Positions 37,296 through 47,999 are shown, counted from the first letter of the stretch. The stretch is DNA of 48,837 nt from an uncultured Ignavibacteriales bacterium (GCA_937138605.1 CAKZPH010000296.1:1-48837); one strand, 5' to 3'. Numbers and translations are program-made. The notes: generated by a model from the letters alone, not told the origin.

Positions 37296-37330
37296 AAAAT
37301 AAATGAACAGAAAATTTTTTTCACTTATTC

Positions 37331-37338
37331 TATATTTG
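37331..37338 (+). promoter_or_regulatory. Candidate -7 element TATATTTG upstream of the UPF0173 hydrolase / parAB unit
   Basis: Exact TAnnTTTG match 21 nt upstream of ATG 37359, followed by GGAGGAAG. No clean -33 TTTG. Confidence 0.35.
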
Positions 37339-37358
37339 TAAAAAATCACGGAGGAAGT

Positions 37359-38036
37359 ATGACTAAGTTAACTTACTTTGGTCACTCAGCATTCTTAGTT
37401 GAACACGATAAATATAAGATTTTAATAGACCCGTTCCTTGATGGAAATCCATTATCGCCGGTAAAAGCCAATCAGGTAAGTGCAGATTTTATTGTTCTTT
37501 CACATGGTCATGGTGATCACTATGGTGATTCCGAAAAAATTGCAAAAAGATGCAATTCACTTATTATAGCAGTAAACGAATTAGCTAATTACGTCGCTTC
37601 AAAAGGATTAAAAGCTCATAATATGCACATAGGTGGTTCCTACGAATTTCCTTTCGGTAGAGTAAAATTTACTATAGCTCACCATGGTTCATCTTCAGGT
37701 GAAGGTGAGTACCTTGGTGAACCAGCAGGAATTCTTTTGTTTTTGAATGGAAAGACGATTTATCATGCAGGTGATACTAGCTTGTTTTATGATATGAAAC
37801 TAATTGGTGAAATGTATAATATAGATGTTGCACTTCTACCAATCGGTGATAACTTTACAATGGGGTTGCAAGATGCATTAAAAGCTGTTGAGTTCCTTAA
37901 TCCAAAACTTACTATTCCAATGCACTATAACACTTTTCCAGTGATAAAGGCTGATGCTGACAAATTTGTAGAAGAAGTACTTAAAATGAATAAGAAAGCC
38001 AGAAAATTAAACTTTGGAGAAACGATTGAATTATAA
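37359..38036 (+). CDS. UPF0173-family metal-dependent hydrolase (MBL fold)
   Basis: MTKLTYFGHSAFLVE...ILIDPFL...LSHGHGDH pattern typical of the UPF0173/YtkL-like family. Confidence 0.7.
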   Translation: MTKLTYFGHSAFLVEHDKYKILIDPFLDGNPLSPVKANQVSADFIVLSHGHGDHYGDSEKIAKRCNSLIIAVNELANYVASKGLKAHNMHIGGSYEFPFGRVKFTIAHHGSSSGEGEYLGEPAGILLFLNGKTIYHAGDTSLFYDMKLIGEMYNIDVALLPIGDNFTMGLQDALKAVEFLNPKLTIPMHYNTFPVIKADADKFVEEVLKMNKKARKLNFGETIEL

Positions 38037-38054
38037 TTGGAGCTCATTAAGTAA

Positions 38055-38828
38055 ATGGGAAAAATAATAGCTATTGCAAATCAAAAAGGTGGAGTTGGTA
38101 AAACAACTACTGCTATAAACGTTGCAGCAAGTATCGCGGTCTTCGAAAAAAAGGTGCTTTTGATAGATATCGATCCACAAGCCAACTCCACGTCTGGTTT
38201 AGGATTCGATAAAAATAACAAAAGTATCTACGATATTCTAATTAACGATATTAATCCCAAAGAAGTTATTTTAAGCACTGAAATAAATCATCTTGATTTG
38301 ATCCCATCAAACATAAATTTGGTTGGAGCAGAAGTCGAACTTGTAGAAGTACCCAATCGTGAAAAAATTCTCGCTTTGAAAGTTCGTTCTCTCAAACCTA
38401 ATTATGATTTCATTTTTATTGATTGTCCACCATCGCTTGGACTTTTAACTTTGAATGGATTAACTGCTGCAGATTCAGTCATAATTCCAGTACAATGTGA
38501 ATATTTTGCTTTAGAAGGCTTGGGGCAACTTCTTAATACAATTAACATTGTAAAGAAACATTTCAACTCAAGTTTAGAAATTGAGGGAGTTTTACTTACG
38601 ATGTTCGATAGTCGATTAAGACTTTCTCATCAGGTAGCTGATGAAGTACGAAAATACTTTGGTGATAAAGTTTATGAAACAGTGATAGGCAGAAGCGTTA
38701 AACTTTCAGAAGCACCTAGTCATGGTAAACCAGCAATTCTTTATGACGCTCAAGCATCTGGCACACAAAATTATCTTCAGCTAGCACAAGAGATAATTTC
38801 TAACAAAAATGAGGTAAAAAACCAATGA
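38055..38828 (+). CDS. parA: Chromosome-partitioning ATPase ParA/Soj
   Basis: Deviant Walker [18 protein letters not shown]. Family-typical length. Upstream of parB with a 4-nt overlap. Confidence 0.9.
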   Translation: MGKIIAIANQKGGVGKTTTAINVAASIAVFEKKVLLIDIDPQANSTSGLGFDKNNKSIYDILINDINPKEVILSTEINHLDLIPSNINLVGAEVELVEVPNREKILALKVRSLKPNYDFIFIDCPPSLGLLTLNGLTAADSVIIPVQCEYFALEGLGQLLNTINIVKKHFNSSLEIEGVLLTMFDSRLRLSHQVADEVRKYFGDKVYETVIGRSVKLSEAPSHGKPAILYDAQASGTQNYLQLAQEIISNKNEVKNQ

Positions 38829-39733
38829 AGTCAAAACAAGTTTTAGGTAAAGGACTGGGTGCTCTAATACCTGGAGCGATTGATATAGAAACTAAAAAAG
38901 AGGCAAATCAAGATTTTCAAAAAGATTATATTATTGCCAAAATAGCTCTAGATAGAATTGAACCTAATCCATATCAACCAAGAATTGATTTTAATTATCA
39001 AGCATTACAAGAATTAGCTGATTCAATAAAACAAAGCGGTGTCATTCAACCAATCACTGTTCATAAAATATCTCATGACAAATATCAATTGATTTCTGGT
39101 GAACGAAGAGTAAGAGCCGCGATAATGGCTGGTCTTGATTTGATACCAGCTTACATAATCAAAATTGAGACTAAAGAAGAGCTTATCGAACTTTCCCTAA
39201 TTGAAAACATACAGAGAGAAACATTAAATCCGATTGAGATAGCTATTGGCTTTAAAAGACTTATCGAAGAATGTAATTTAACTTTGGAAGATATAGCTAG
39301 AAAAACTGCTAAAGATAAGTCTACAATTTCAAATTATATAAGACTTTTGAAGCTTCCCACTGAAATTCAAAATAGTTTAATTAAAAATGAAATTACTCCC
39401 GGACATGCAAGAGCAATTTTAAGTGTAGAAGATCAGGAAGAGCAAATAAATCTTTGGAAAAAAATAGTTGCTGAAAAAAACTCAGTAAGAGAAGCTGAAA
39501 GATTAGCAAAACAGAAAAAGAAAAAAGTTAAAGTACCGTATGCTCCAGTAAAAATAACCGATCCTAATTTAGATGAAATAATCTCCTCATTACGACTCAA
39601 ATTCGGTACTAACGTTAAAATGAATTTAAGAAATGACGGAAGTGGTGAGTTTTTGATTTACTTTTATTCAAGAGAAGAAATGGAAAGAATTATAGAAATT
39701 CTAAAAAATGCAAAAGATTCTCATTATCACTAA
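38825..39733 (+). CDS. parB: Chromosome-partitioning protein ParB/Spo0J
   Basis: ParB box motifs ([22 protein letters not shown]) and an HTH region. Confidence 0.9.
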   Translation: MKSKQVLGKGLGALIPGAIDIETKKEANQDFQKDYIIAKIALDRIEPNPYQPRIDFNYQALQELADSIKQSGVIQPITVHKISHDKYQLISGERRVRAAIMAGLDLIPAYIIKIETKEELIELSLIENIQRETLNPIEIAIGFKRLIEECNLTLEDIARKTAKDKSTISNYIRLLKLPTEIQNSLIKNEITPGHARAILSVEDQEEQINLWKKIVAEKNSVREAERLAKQKKKKVKVPYAPVKITDPNLDEIISSLRLKFGTNVKMNLRNDGSGEFLIYFYSREEMERIIEILKNAKDSHYH

Positions 39734-40166
39734 CATTTTCCTTTCGTCTTTATTATTTAGCCAGCAATCGGATACAACAACTATTAAACAAAAATCTCCA
39801 TGGGGCGCAGTACTCAGGTCAAGTGTACTTCCGGGACTTGGACAGATTTATAATGAATCCTATTGGAAAGCACCAGTAGTCTGGGGATTATTTGTTTGGT
39901 TTGGTTATAATTGGAATAATAATAATAAAGAATATCATAACTATAAAAATTTATACATGCAATCAGTTTCAGTTGGTTTGCCTAATGAAAATTTAAGAAG
40001 AATTAGAGAGTTTTACCGTGATCAAAGAGATTTGTTTGCAATCTATCTTGGACTTACTTATTTCTTAAACTTAGTCGACGCGTATGTTGACGCCCACTTA
40101 TTTAACTTTAAACTTTTAACAAAAAACGAGGAATTAATTCTTAAAATTTCCTTCTCGTTAAATTAA
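39708..40166 (+). CDS. DUF5683-like small membrane protein
   Basis: Signal/TM N-terminus and an SSVLPGLGQIYNESYWKAPVVWG motif. The position directly after parB matches what is commonly seen in Bacteroidota. Overlaps parB by 26 nt. Confidence 0.6.
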   Translation: MQKILIITNIFLSSLLFSQQSDTTTIKQKSPWGAVLRSSVLPGLGQIYNESYWKAPVVWGLFVWFGYNWNNNNKEYHNYKNLYMQSVSVGLPNENLRRIREFYRDQRDLFAIYLGLTYFLNLVDAYVDAHLFNFKLLTKNEELILKISFSLN

Positions 40167-40256
40167 TGGTTGAGCCTTGCATCATTTGATTTACAAAGAA
40201 TTAAATATTTAATATATTAAACTAGGTAAAATTCTTAACAATATAGGAGTTTCAAC

Positions 40257-40694
40257 ATGGCATTTACATTAAATAAAGTTATTTTAATTGGGTATGTTGG
40301 AAAAGATGCAGAAGTCCGATATACCAACAATGGTCTCTGCGTAATGAAGTTTAGCTTAGCAACTAATCAAAATGTAAAGAACATTGATGGTAACTGGGAA
40401 AAATCCACAACCTGGCATGATATCGTGGCTTTTGGAAAACTCGCAGAAAATTTAAAAGACTATATGAAGAAAGGTAGAAGAATTTATCTCGAAGGTAAAA
40501 TTACTAAACGAGATTTTGTCGACAAACAAAATATTAAACGATATGTTACAGAAATTTGGGCTGACAGTATCCAACTTATGGATAAACCACCTGAAGGTGA
40601 AATTGAATCCGAAGAAGTTAAAATAGATGAAGATGTAGAACTTCCATCTGATGATACTTCAATTAAGGAATCTGAGGAAGATATCCCATTTTAG
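40257..40694 (+). CDS. ssb: Single-stranded DNA-binding protein
   Basis: OB-fold N-terminus (NKVILIGYVGKDAEVRYT), acidic tail ending in DIPF. GGAG Shine-Dalgarno sequence. Confidence 0.9.
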   Translation: MAFTLNKVILIGYVGKDAEVRYTNNGLCVMKFSLATNQNVKNIDGNWEKSTTWHDIVAFGKLAENLKDYMKKGRRIYLEGKITKRDFVDKQNIKRYVTEIWADSIQLMDKPPEGEIESEEVKIDEDVELPSDDTSIKESEEDIPF

Positions 40695-40719
40695 TGTCGA
40701 ACAAATGTGAGGTGAATTT

Positions 40720-42021
40720 TTGGATACTGATTGGTTAATCCAATTCTTTATTGCATTGAGTTTATTTGCAGTCTCTGCATTTTTTTCAGCGTCTGAGGTA
40801 GCTCTTTTTTCTATTGATGAAAAAAAGTTACTTTTAATCTCAAAGAAAAAACCATATGCAGCAAAAATAATTTCAAGACTTCTCGAATTTCCAAGAAAAG
40901 TTTTAATTACAATTCTATTTGGAAATAACTTAGCGAATGTGGCTATTTCAATCATCTTAGCTTTTCTTACAGTAAAAGCAGCTCATCATTTCAACTTAAA
41001 TGAAGATGTTTTAATAGCAATTGAAATATTTCTTTTGACTATTGCACTCTTACTAATAGGCGAAATAATCCCTAAGATAATCGCAAACCGTTATCCTGTA
41101 GAATATATTTTGATCGCTTGTTATCCATTAAACTGGATATTTTCATTGTTATCACCTATAACTTATGCTTTTTATTTCATATCTAACGTGTTTCCTAAAG
41201 GAGTACTTAGGAACAAAAATTTAATGTCAATAAAAACAGATGAATTAAAATCTCTCGCTGACATTAGTAAAGAATTTGGTGCAATTGAAAAGGATGAACA
41301 TGACTTGATTAGTGGTATAATTGAACTTGGTGAAACAACTGTTCGTGAAGTAATGACTAATCGGACTGAAATGGTAGCAGTTGAAATAAATGAATCATTG
41401 GAAAATTGTATAAAAAAATTTCTTGATTCTAATCACTCACGTTTGCCTGTCTACCGCTCAAATATAGATAACATCGAAGGTTTTATTTACATAAAAGATT
41501 TTCTTAGTTATTTATCCTTAAAGAGCGAACAAGAACTCAAAAAAGAAGATTTTCATATTTCTAAGATGATAAGACCAGTTATATTTGTACCCGAATCAAA
41601 AAAGATTGATGAAATGTTTAGTGAATTTCAGAAGAAGAAAATTCACATTGCTATAGTTGTTGATGAATTTGGTGGCACTGCTGGTCTTGTAACCATGGAG
41701 GATATTTTATCAGAAGTTGTTAACCGATTTTCAGCACCCGAAGAATCCAAAAACTTTTTCATCAAGATTGGCGAAGATACATATTTAGTTGATGCAAAAA
41801 TCTCAATTAGTGATCTGGAACCAATACTGAATATAAAACTCAAAACAGAAGATGATGACTTTGATACTCTTGGCGGATTTCTGTTACATCAATTTGAAGA
41901 TTTACCTGACGAAAATAATTTCATCGAATTTCAACGATACAGATTCGAGGTAAAAGAAGTAACTGAAAAAAGAATCGAAAAGGTTTTAATTAAAAAGTTA
42001 CAAGAAGTAAAAGCCAAGTAG
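40720..42021 (+). CDS. CNNM/HlyC-CorC family membrane protein (DUF21 + CBS pair + CorC_HlyC), GldE-like
   Basis: Four N-terminal TM helices, a CBS pair (VREVMTNRTEMVAV...) and a C-terminal transporter-associated domain. TTG start after GAGGTG. The position after ssb resembles the Flavobacterium ssb-gldE arrangement as I recall it. Confidence 0.75.
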   Translation: MDTDWLIQFFIALSLFAVSAFFSASEVALFSIDEKKLLLISKKKPYAAKIISRLLEFPRKVLITILFGNNLANVAISIILAFLTVKAAHHFNLNEDVLIAIEIFLLTIALLLIGEIIPKIIANRYPVEYILIACYPLNWIFSLLSPITYAFYFISNVFPKGVLRNKNLMSIKTDELKSLADISKEFGAIEKDEHDLISGIIELGETTVREVMTNRTEMVAVEINESLENCIKKFLDSNHSRLPVYRSNIDNIEGFIYIKDFLSYLSLKSEQELKKEDFHISKMIRPVIFVPESKKIDEMFSEFQKKKIHIAIVVDEFGGTAGLVTMEDILSEVVNRFSAPEESKNFFIKIGEDTYLVDAKISISDLEPILNIKLKTEDDDFDTLGGFLLHQFEDLPDENNFIEFQRYRFEVKEVTEKRIEKVLIKKLQEVKAK

Positions 42022-42176
42022 ATTATTGTTTAATTCAAGAAGTAGAGTAGTAGCAAAAGGATAATAAAGATTAAAAGTTTTAGCTGATGTATGATATTAA
42101 ATTTCTTGTTAGCTAAAATGATTTAACTTATTGTTCCAATAAAAATTGCTTTCAAATAAATAAAGTGGATTATATA

Positions 42177-43094
42177 ATGAAAGAGAATCGAAAAACAAAT
42201 GTTAAGGTTGGTTTAACGACCATTCTTGCATTTATAATATTGATTTGGATTCTTGGTTGGGCAAAGCGAATTACAATTGCTGGCGATTATTATGTAGTTA
42301 AAATGAAATTTAATTCTGTTTCAGGACTTGAAATTGGTGATCATATAACAATAAATGGCGTAAAGATGGGCAAAGTTAAAAATATAATTTTAGACGGAAA
42401 CAGTGTAATAGTGGAAGGTTTAATACCCAGATTTGTTACATTAAAGAAAGACGCTAAGGCAAAGGTTGAAATGATGGATTTAATGGGCGGAAAAAAGATT
42501 GAGATAAAACCAGGTGAAAGTGATGAACCTTTTAATATCAACAATATTTTGACTGGAAATCTTTCAACGGACATACCGGGAGCATTATCAATGGTGGGGA
42601 ATGTTGAGCAAGACTTAAAATTGATAATAACCGATACTCGAATTTTAATTGAAAAATTAAACAACCAACTATCTGATCAAGAACTAATATCTTCCTTAAA
42701 GTCTTCAATTAAAAATCTAGAAACTACATCAAAATATTTGAACGACTTTTTTAAACAAAATCAAAATGATCTGAATTCAATTGTTAAAAATATTTTTGAG
42801 TTAACCGATCGAGCAGAAAATTATATATCAAAAAATGCTGACACTTTAACTGTGTTTCTAAACGAATCTAAAAATTTAATTCAAAACTTAAATGATATTT
42901 CTACACAGATAAAATTTTTAATTGAACAAACTACAAATCAAGAGAACAACATTGGGCGATTGCTGTACGATAAAGAATCCATAGAAAAACTAAAAGTTAG
43001 CATAGAAAGAATTGATGTGATAACTAAGATACTAACGGAACAACTCGGTGATAAAGGTATAAAAGTAGACGCAAAAATTAGACTGTTTAAATAA
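42177..43094 (+). CDS. MlaD/MCE-domain protein
   Basis: N-terminal TM helix, an MCE domain (FNSVSGLEIGDHITINGVKMGKVKNI) and a helical C-terminus. First ATG at 42177; the track start is GTG 42165. Confidence 0.7.
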   Translation: MKENRKTNVKVGLTTILAFIILIWILGWAKRITIAGDYYVVKMKFNSVSGLEIGDHITINGVKMGKVKNIILDGNSVIVEGLIPRFVTLKKDAKAKVEMMDLMGGKKIEIKPGESDEPFNINNILTGNLSTDIPGALSMVGNVEQDLKLIITDTRILIEKLNNQLSDQELISSLKSSIKNLETTSKYLNDFFKQNQNDLNSIVKNIFELTDRAENYISKNADTLTVFLNESKNLIQNLNDISTQIKFLIEQTTNQENNIGRLLYDKESIEKLKVSIERIDVITKILTEQLGDKGIKVDAKIRLFK

Positions 43095-44779
43095 TGAGAA
43101 CTAAAATTCTATTTGTCTTAGTTTTATCGATTCTTTTGATACCATTTGATTTAGAAGCACAACTAGCCCGTTCAAAATTCGGGATGGTTGTTTCAGCCAG
43201 TAACCTTGCAACCGAGGTAGGTGTGGAAATATTAAAGAAAGGTGGCAATGCAATTGATGCAGCAGTGGCTGTAGGTTTTGCTCTGGCAGTTACATATCCA
43301 CAAGCAGGTAATCTTGGTGGCGGTGGTTTTCTGGTATACTATCGTAATGATGGATTTTCAACCACTATTGATTTTCGCGAAAAGGCCCCTCTTTCAGCTC
43401 ATCGAAATATGTATCTGGATTCGTCTGGAAATCCTCTTTTACACTTATCTCAAAAGGGAATTACTTCAGCAGGTGTTCCAGGTACTGTTGATGGTTTAAT
43501 TTATACTCTAGAAAAATATGGCACTATGAAATTAAGTGAAGTAATTTCTCCAGCCATTCGATTGGCTGAAAAAGGTTTCAAGCTCAGCTATGAAATGGCA
43601 CAATCATTTAACTTTAATTTTGAAAACTTTATGAATTATAATTCATCAAAAAAAATATTTACAAAAAATGGAGAGAAATATTCTGAAGGAGATTTATTCA
43701 AACAGAAAGACTTAGCCGGAACGTTAAAACTCATTAAAAAATATGGTCGAAAAGGATTTTATGAAGGTAGAGTGGCACATCTTATTGTAAGTCAAATGCA
43801 ACGGGAAGGAGGTTATATAACTTACGACGATCTGAAGAATTATCGTTGTGTTGAAAGAAACCCTGTTGTTGGAAATTACAGAGGATATAAAATAATTTCC
43901 ATGGGTCCACCAAGTTCTGGTGGAATTGCTTTGATTCAGACACTTTATATCATAGAAAATTTAAATCTAAAACCTGAAGATTATAACGGTCTCAAGCACA
44001 TTCACTATTTAATTGAAGCTCTCAAACGCGTTTATTTTGATAGAGCTGAATATCTTGGCGACTCAGATTACGTGAAAGTCCCTGTAGAACTCATTACTTC
44101 AAAAGATTATGCAAAAAAGATTTTTGACGATATTAAATTCGGTATAGCTACTGGCACATATGATGTAAACACAAAAAAACTTTTATTTAACGAAAGCTTA
44201 GAAACAACTCATTATTCAGTTTTAGATAAATATGGTAATGCTGTTAGTGTGACTACAACAATCAATTCTACTTTTGGCTCTAGCGTGGTTGTGGATGGAG
44301 CTGGATTTTTATTAAATAATCAAATGGATGATTTTTCAATAAAGCCAGGAGTTCAAAATCAATTTGGGTTGATTGGAAAAGATGCAAATGCCATAGAACC
44401 CGGTAAAAGAATGTTGAGTTCTATGACTCCCACAATAATTCTTAAAGATAATAAGCCCTTTTTAATTCTTGGCTCACCTGGAGGTTCAATGATTATTAGT
44501 TCCGTTGTTCAAGTCATAATGAATGTAATCGATTTTGGAATGAACCCTTTTTATGCCGTTAGTTTTCCTAGAATTCACCATCAATGGATTCCAGATGAAG
44601 TTTATTACGAACCATATTCTTTAACACCTGAAATAATTGAAAAATTAACTTCCTTCGGGCACGTATTAAAACCACGAAATTACATAGGGAGAATTGAATT
44701 AATTTTTGTAGACGACAAAACCAATTATATTTACGGTATGACAGACCCTAGAGGTTATGGACTTGCAAAAGGATTATAA
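43094..44779 (+). CDS. ggt: Gamma-glutamyltranspeptidase
   Basis: Signal peptide, autoprocessing/catalytic Thr context ETTHYSV, and GSPGGS near the C-terminus. Length 561 aa. Confidence 0.85.
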   Translation: MRTKILFVLVLSILLIPFDLEAQLARSKFGMVVSASNLATEVGVEILKKGGNAIDAAVAVGFALAVTYPQAGNLGGGGFLVYYRNDGFSTTIDFREKAPLSAHRNMYLDSSGNPLLHLSQKGITSAGVPGTVDGLIYTLEKYGTMKLSEVISPAIRLAEKGFKLSYEMAQSFNFNFENFMNYNSSKKIFTKNGEKYSEGDLFKQKDLAGTLKLIKKYGRKGFYEGRVAHLIVSQMQREGGYITYDDLKNYRCVERNPVVGNYRGYKIISMGPPSSGGIALIQTLYIIENLNLKPEDYNGLKHIHYLIEALKRVYFDRAEYLGDSDYVKVPVELITSKDYAKKIFDDIKFGIATGTYDVNTKKLLFNESLETTHYSVLDKYGNAVSVTTTINSTFGSSVVVDGAGFLLNNQMDDFSIKPGVQNQFGLIGKDANAIEPGKRMLSSMTPTIILKDNKPFLILGSPGGSMIISSVVQVIMNVIDFGMNPFYAVSFPRIHHQWIPDEVYYEPYSLTPEIIEKLTSFGHVLKPRNYIGRIELIFVDDKTNYIYGMTDPRGYGLAKGL

Positions 44780-44781
44780 AA

Positions 44782-45138
44782 ATGACAGAATCAATTGGTG
44801 TTGACATAATTGAAATTGATCGCGTAGCGGAAATAATATCCGAATTCGGTGAGAAATTTTTAAAGAAGGTTTTTAGTGACGAAGAAATTCGTTATTGCCT
44901 GTCAAAAGCAAAGCCATCGCAACATTTTGCAGCACGATTTGCAGCTAAAGAGGCTGTAATTAAAGCTTTAGGAACTGGATTTGGAAAAGGTATAATGTTA
45001 AAAGATATTGAAATTCGAAATGATGTAAATGGCAAACCTAAAGTGTTTTATAAAGGAAATTCAACAGAAAAAATTTTAATATCAATCTCTCATTGCAATC
45101 ATTATGTAGTTGCTTTTGCATTATTGAAAATTGATTAA
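44782..45138 (+). CDS. acpS: Holo-[acyl-carrier-protein] synthase
   Basis: GVDIIEIDR N-terminus, FAAKEAVIKA, SISH motifs. Length 118 aa. Confidence 0.9.
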   Translation: MTESIGVDIIEIDRVAEIISEFGEKFLKKVFSDEEIRYCLSKAKPSQHFAARFAAKEAVIKALGTGFGKGIMLKDIEIRNDVNGKPKVFYKGNSTEKILISISHCNHYVVAFALLKID

Positions 45139-45139
45139 A

Positions 45140-46276
45140 TCATTTTTTCCATACTTTTATAAATTCTTCTTTCAGTAGCTTAATACCTTCGACTTCTGAT
45201 GGTTCATCCTTTAGCTCTTCAAAATAATTGAAATCACCGAAAGTTCTACCGTCCAATTCACCCCAATTACTTTTGTAAACATATAAAGCAAAATGAAATC
45301 CCTGTTTTATGAAAATTTGATGTAAGTGGCGAATGTAATCCACCATTCCTTTTTTATTTTTAATTCCACCATATTCATTAACAAATATTGGAACTTTGTG
45401 AGTCTCTTTAAATTTAATCACATCTGAAAGATATTCTACAAGATAAACTGAATCAACAAGAACCCTTATTCCATCAATTTCATAAAACCCGGGATATTCA
45501 CTACTATCTTTCTTATTTGTAAAATCGTATGGAAAATACATATTAAAACTATAAACTATTAAAGAGTCGTTAAATTTTCTTAAGAAAGAAAATTTTTTTG
45601 GTGAGCCCCAACTTTGAGGTTGAACAATTATTGGCAAGTGAGCATTGACCTTTCTAACATTTAAGATTAATTCATTAAGGAATTCATAGTGTAGACTATC
45701 GCTAACTTCCGGGTAAAAGACGGGCTGATCAGCGTGAGGCTCTAGTAAAAAGTTAATTCCCACAATGGAATTAGCATGTTTATATCTATCAGCTATTGCT
45801 GTGCACATTTCTAAGTACTTCTTTTTCGCAACCGGGTCTTGATAAAAAATTTCATCTTCTCTTAGTTTATCGAAAAAACTATAAAGAGATCTTCCTGGTC
45901 CACTCCTGATGGAAATAACAAGTGGCATTCTAACTTCTTCACATATTTGGACAATTCTGTCAAGATTTCTCAAATGAAACGAATCCAATTGATATGGAGG
46001 ATAGTATTGATATACTCCAGGATAATTTGCAACAACTAGATTCGCCCCCAACTCTTTAAGATATGTGATGTCGTTCTTTTCTATCTTATTTCTCGCTAGG
46101 AAAGGTGTAAATACTTCAAATGGGTGTATGTTAGCACCTTTATAATAAGAATCGATAGTCCAACTCCAAAATTTATCTTTTAGACTTGAATTGCTATTTA
46201 TATTTTGACAAAAAGTCAATTGCTGTATATTTATTAAAACAAAAATTAGAGTTAATATTGCTAAGAAAAATTTCAT
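45140..46276 (-). CDS. Secreted glycoside hydrolase, clan GH-A (GH5-like)
   Basis: Signal peptide from ATG 46276 (MKFFLAILTLIFVL). INFLLEPH (acid/base Glu context) and IFVNEYGG (nucleophile Glu context) are spaced as in GH5. The family call is from motifs only. Confidence 0.55.
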   Translation of the reverse strand: MKFFLAILTLIFVLINIQQLTFCQNINSNSSLKDKFWSWTIDSYYKGANIHPFEVFTPFLARNKIEKNDITYLKELGANLVVANYPGVYQYYPPYQLDSFHLRNLDRIVQICEEVRMPLVISIRSGPGRSLYSFFDKLREDEIFYQDPVAKKKYLEMCTAIADRYKHANSIVGINFLLEPHADQPVFYPEVSDSLHYEFLNELILNVRKVNAHLPIIVQPQSWGSPKKFSFLRKFNDSLIVYSFNMYFPYDFTNKKDSSEYPGFYEIDGIRVLVDSVYLVEYLSDVIKFKETHKVPIFVNEYGGIKNKKGMVDYIRHLHQIFIKQGFHFALYVYKSNWGELDGRTFGDFNYFEELKDEPSEVEGIKLLKEEFIKVWKK

Positions 46277-46299
46277 CTTTAACCAAGAAAGTGAATAAT

Positions 46300-47310
46300 A
46301 TGAAGACAAAATTAATAGTAATTATCTCAATATTATCTATAACACTAATTGCTTGTCAAGCTCAAGAGAAATTTTACGTTGCTTTCTGGAATCTGGAAAA
46401 TCTATTTGATACTGTTGATGATCCAAAAAATGATGGAGATGACGAGTTTCTTCCTGAATCTAAATCAGAATGGACTCTAGAAAAATTTGATAAAAAATTA
46501 AGCAATTTATCAAAGGTAATTCGTAGCATGAACAATGGTTTCGGTCCAGATATTCTTGGGGTTTGTGAAGTTGAAAATGGTTATTCAATAAACCAGTTAG
46601 CAAAAAAATTTCTATTGGATTTAAATTATGATGTAGTCCACTATGAATCCAGTGATTCGAGAGGAATAGATGTAGGTCTGTTGTATAGAAAAGATAAATT
46701 TATATGTACTCATTCTGAGAAGATACGCCCTATGTCGGGCACTCGAGATATTTTGTATGCTGTATTGAGGATTAACAAAGAAGATATTCATGTTTTTGTA
46801 AACCATTGGCCATCAAGAAGAACTGGCGAAAAAGAATCTGAGCCACGACGAATTAAAGTAGCTAGCATCCTGCGCGCAAAAGTTGATTCAATTCTTGCAG
46901 CAAAGAAGAATGCAAATATTGTAATTATGGGAGACTTTAATGATATGCCAGATAACCGTTCTATACTAATGACACTTCTTGCTGTACCTTTTGAATGCGA
47001 CCAATTAACTGAAGAATACACATTAAATCTTTACAACACGGCTTACAAAAAGTATAAATCTGGCTATGGCACTTTTTTCTTTCAAGGAAATTTTAATATG
47101 CTTGATCAAATCATAATTAGTAAAGGATTGCTGGATAAAAAAGGATTAGATTATAATTGTGACTCTTTCGAAATTATTAGCAATGAATTAAACACTACAA
47201 GATCAGGTCAATTCAAAGGCGCACCATTTCCAACGTATGGGAGAGGAAGGTATCTTGGTGGTTATAGTGATCATTTTCCCGTTGGAGTCATATTTCACTA
47301 TTTGAATTAA
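46300..47310 (+). CDS. Endonuclease/exonuclease/phosphatase (EEP) family lipoprotein
   Basis: Lipobox LIAC from ATG 46300 (MKTKLIVIISIL). FWNLENLFD, MGDFND and YSDHFPV motifs of the DNase I-like fold. Confidence 0.8.
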   Translation: MKTKLIVIISILSITLIACQAQEKFYVAFWNLENLFDTVDDPKNDGDDEFLPESKSEWTLEKFDKKLSNLSKVIRSMNNGFGPDILGVCEVENGYSINQLAKKFLLDLNYDVVHYESSDSRGIDVGLLYRKDKFICTHSEKIRPMSGTRDILYAVLRINKEDIHVFVNHWPSRRTGEKESEPRRIKVASILRAKVDSILAAKKNANIVIMGDFNDMPDNRSILMTLLAVPFECDQLTEEYTLNLYNTAYKKYKSGYGTFFFQGNFNMLDQIIISKGLLDKKGLDYNCDSFEIISNELNTTRSGQFKGAPFPTYGRGRYLGGYSDHFPVGVIFHYLN

Positions 47311-47315
47311 GTTAT

Positions 47316-47999
47316 ATGAAACACTTAATCATAACTGGTTCCTCGGGGGGGCTTGGAATAGAATTATTAAAGCATTTTCTTGATAAAGATTTCGATTTTT
47401 TATATGCAGTTGGGAATCAAAAGAAATTTCTCGAATTCGATATTAAAAGTCCAAAACTAAAATATATTTTCGATTTAAATCTAACTGAAGAAAACGATCT
47501 TGAAAAGTTATTTTCTTATATAAACTTATCATCTGAAGATGAGCTTTTTATAATTCATTGCATCGGTGGTTATACCGGAGGAAAAAAATTCTATGAATAT
47601 GATAAAAATGAATTATTGGAAATGTTTAATAAAAATTTCGTTACTGCCTATCTTGTTTCAAAACAAGCTGTAAACAAAATCAAAAATTCGAAAGGTGGTA
47701 GTATAGTTTTCTTTTCTTCATCTATCGCACTTGAATATATCAGTGGTAGGTCAGTTTATACAATTTCCAAATATGCATTGCATCATTTAATTAAAATAAT
47801 AGAAAAGGAGGCTAAGGAATTTAATTTCACAGCGAATATCATTGCACCAACAATCATTTTAACAGAAGAAAACAGAAAATGGGTGAATCCATCAGATTCA
47901 CAGAATTATGTAGAACCAGTAGAAATTGCAGAAATGATTGAAAACATTTTTTTAAATTATCAAAAAATCAATGGCAATATATTCACTATTACTTCTTAG
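47316..47999 (+). CDS. Short-chain dehydrogenase/reductase (SDR) family oxidoreductase
   Basis: TGSSGGLGIEL glycine motif and a catalytic YxxxK (YTISK) after an SSS segment. Confidence 0.75.
   Translation: MKHLIITGSSGGLGIELLKHFLDKDFDFLYAVGNQKKFLEFDIKSPKLKYIFDLNLTEENDLEKLFSYINLSSEDELFIIHCIGGYTGGKKFYEYDKNELLEMFNKNFVTAYLVSKQAVNKIKNSKGGSIVFFSSSIALEYISGRSVYTISKYALHHLIKIIEKEAKEFNFTANIIAPTIILTEENRKWVNPSDSQNYVEPVEIAEMIENIFLNYQKINGNIFTITS

Noticed and set aside
38055-40166. Search for a canonical parS site (TGTTTCACGTGAAACA-like) near parAB
   Set aside because: I could not find a close match by eye in or around parAB or elsewhere in the window. Absence is not proven without a computational scan.
42079-42121. 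Inverted repeat TTTTAGCT, ~25 nt, AGCTAAAA between the CNNM gene and mlaD, considered as a possible terminator or operator
   Set aside because: The stem is AT-rich and 8 bp with a large loop, and no T-tract follows. It is indistinguishable from chance in this composition.
1961-47021. Remaining short (60-107 aa) ORFs in the track that lie inside longer genes on the opposite strand or in another frame. They are: 1961-2218, 2974-3285, 4856-5146, 5270-5533, 7190-7402, 13959-14150, 15726-15908, 18598-18804, 18881-19096, 25350-25664, 26103-26339, 30103-30315, 30919-31113, 31463-31747, 32028-32300, 34069-34296, 34604-34819, 35436-35624, 40659-40955, 41643-41843, 42341-42664, 43278-43499, 46621-46806 and 46788-47021.
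   Set aside because: Each is nested in a gene with strong family motifs. None shows a recognisable motif, Shine-Dalgarno sequence or promoter of its own. I cannot exclude that one is a real overlapping gene, but nothing in the sequence supports it.
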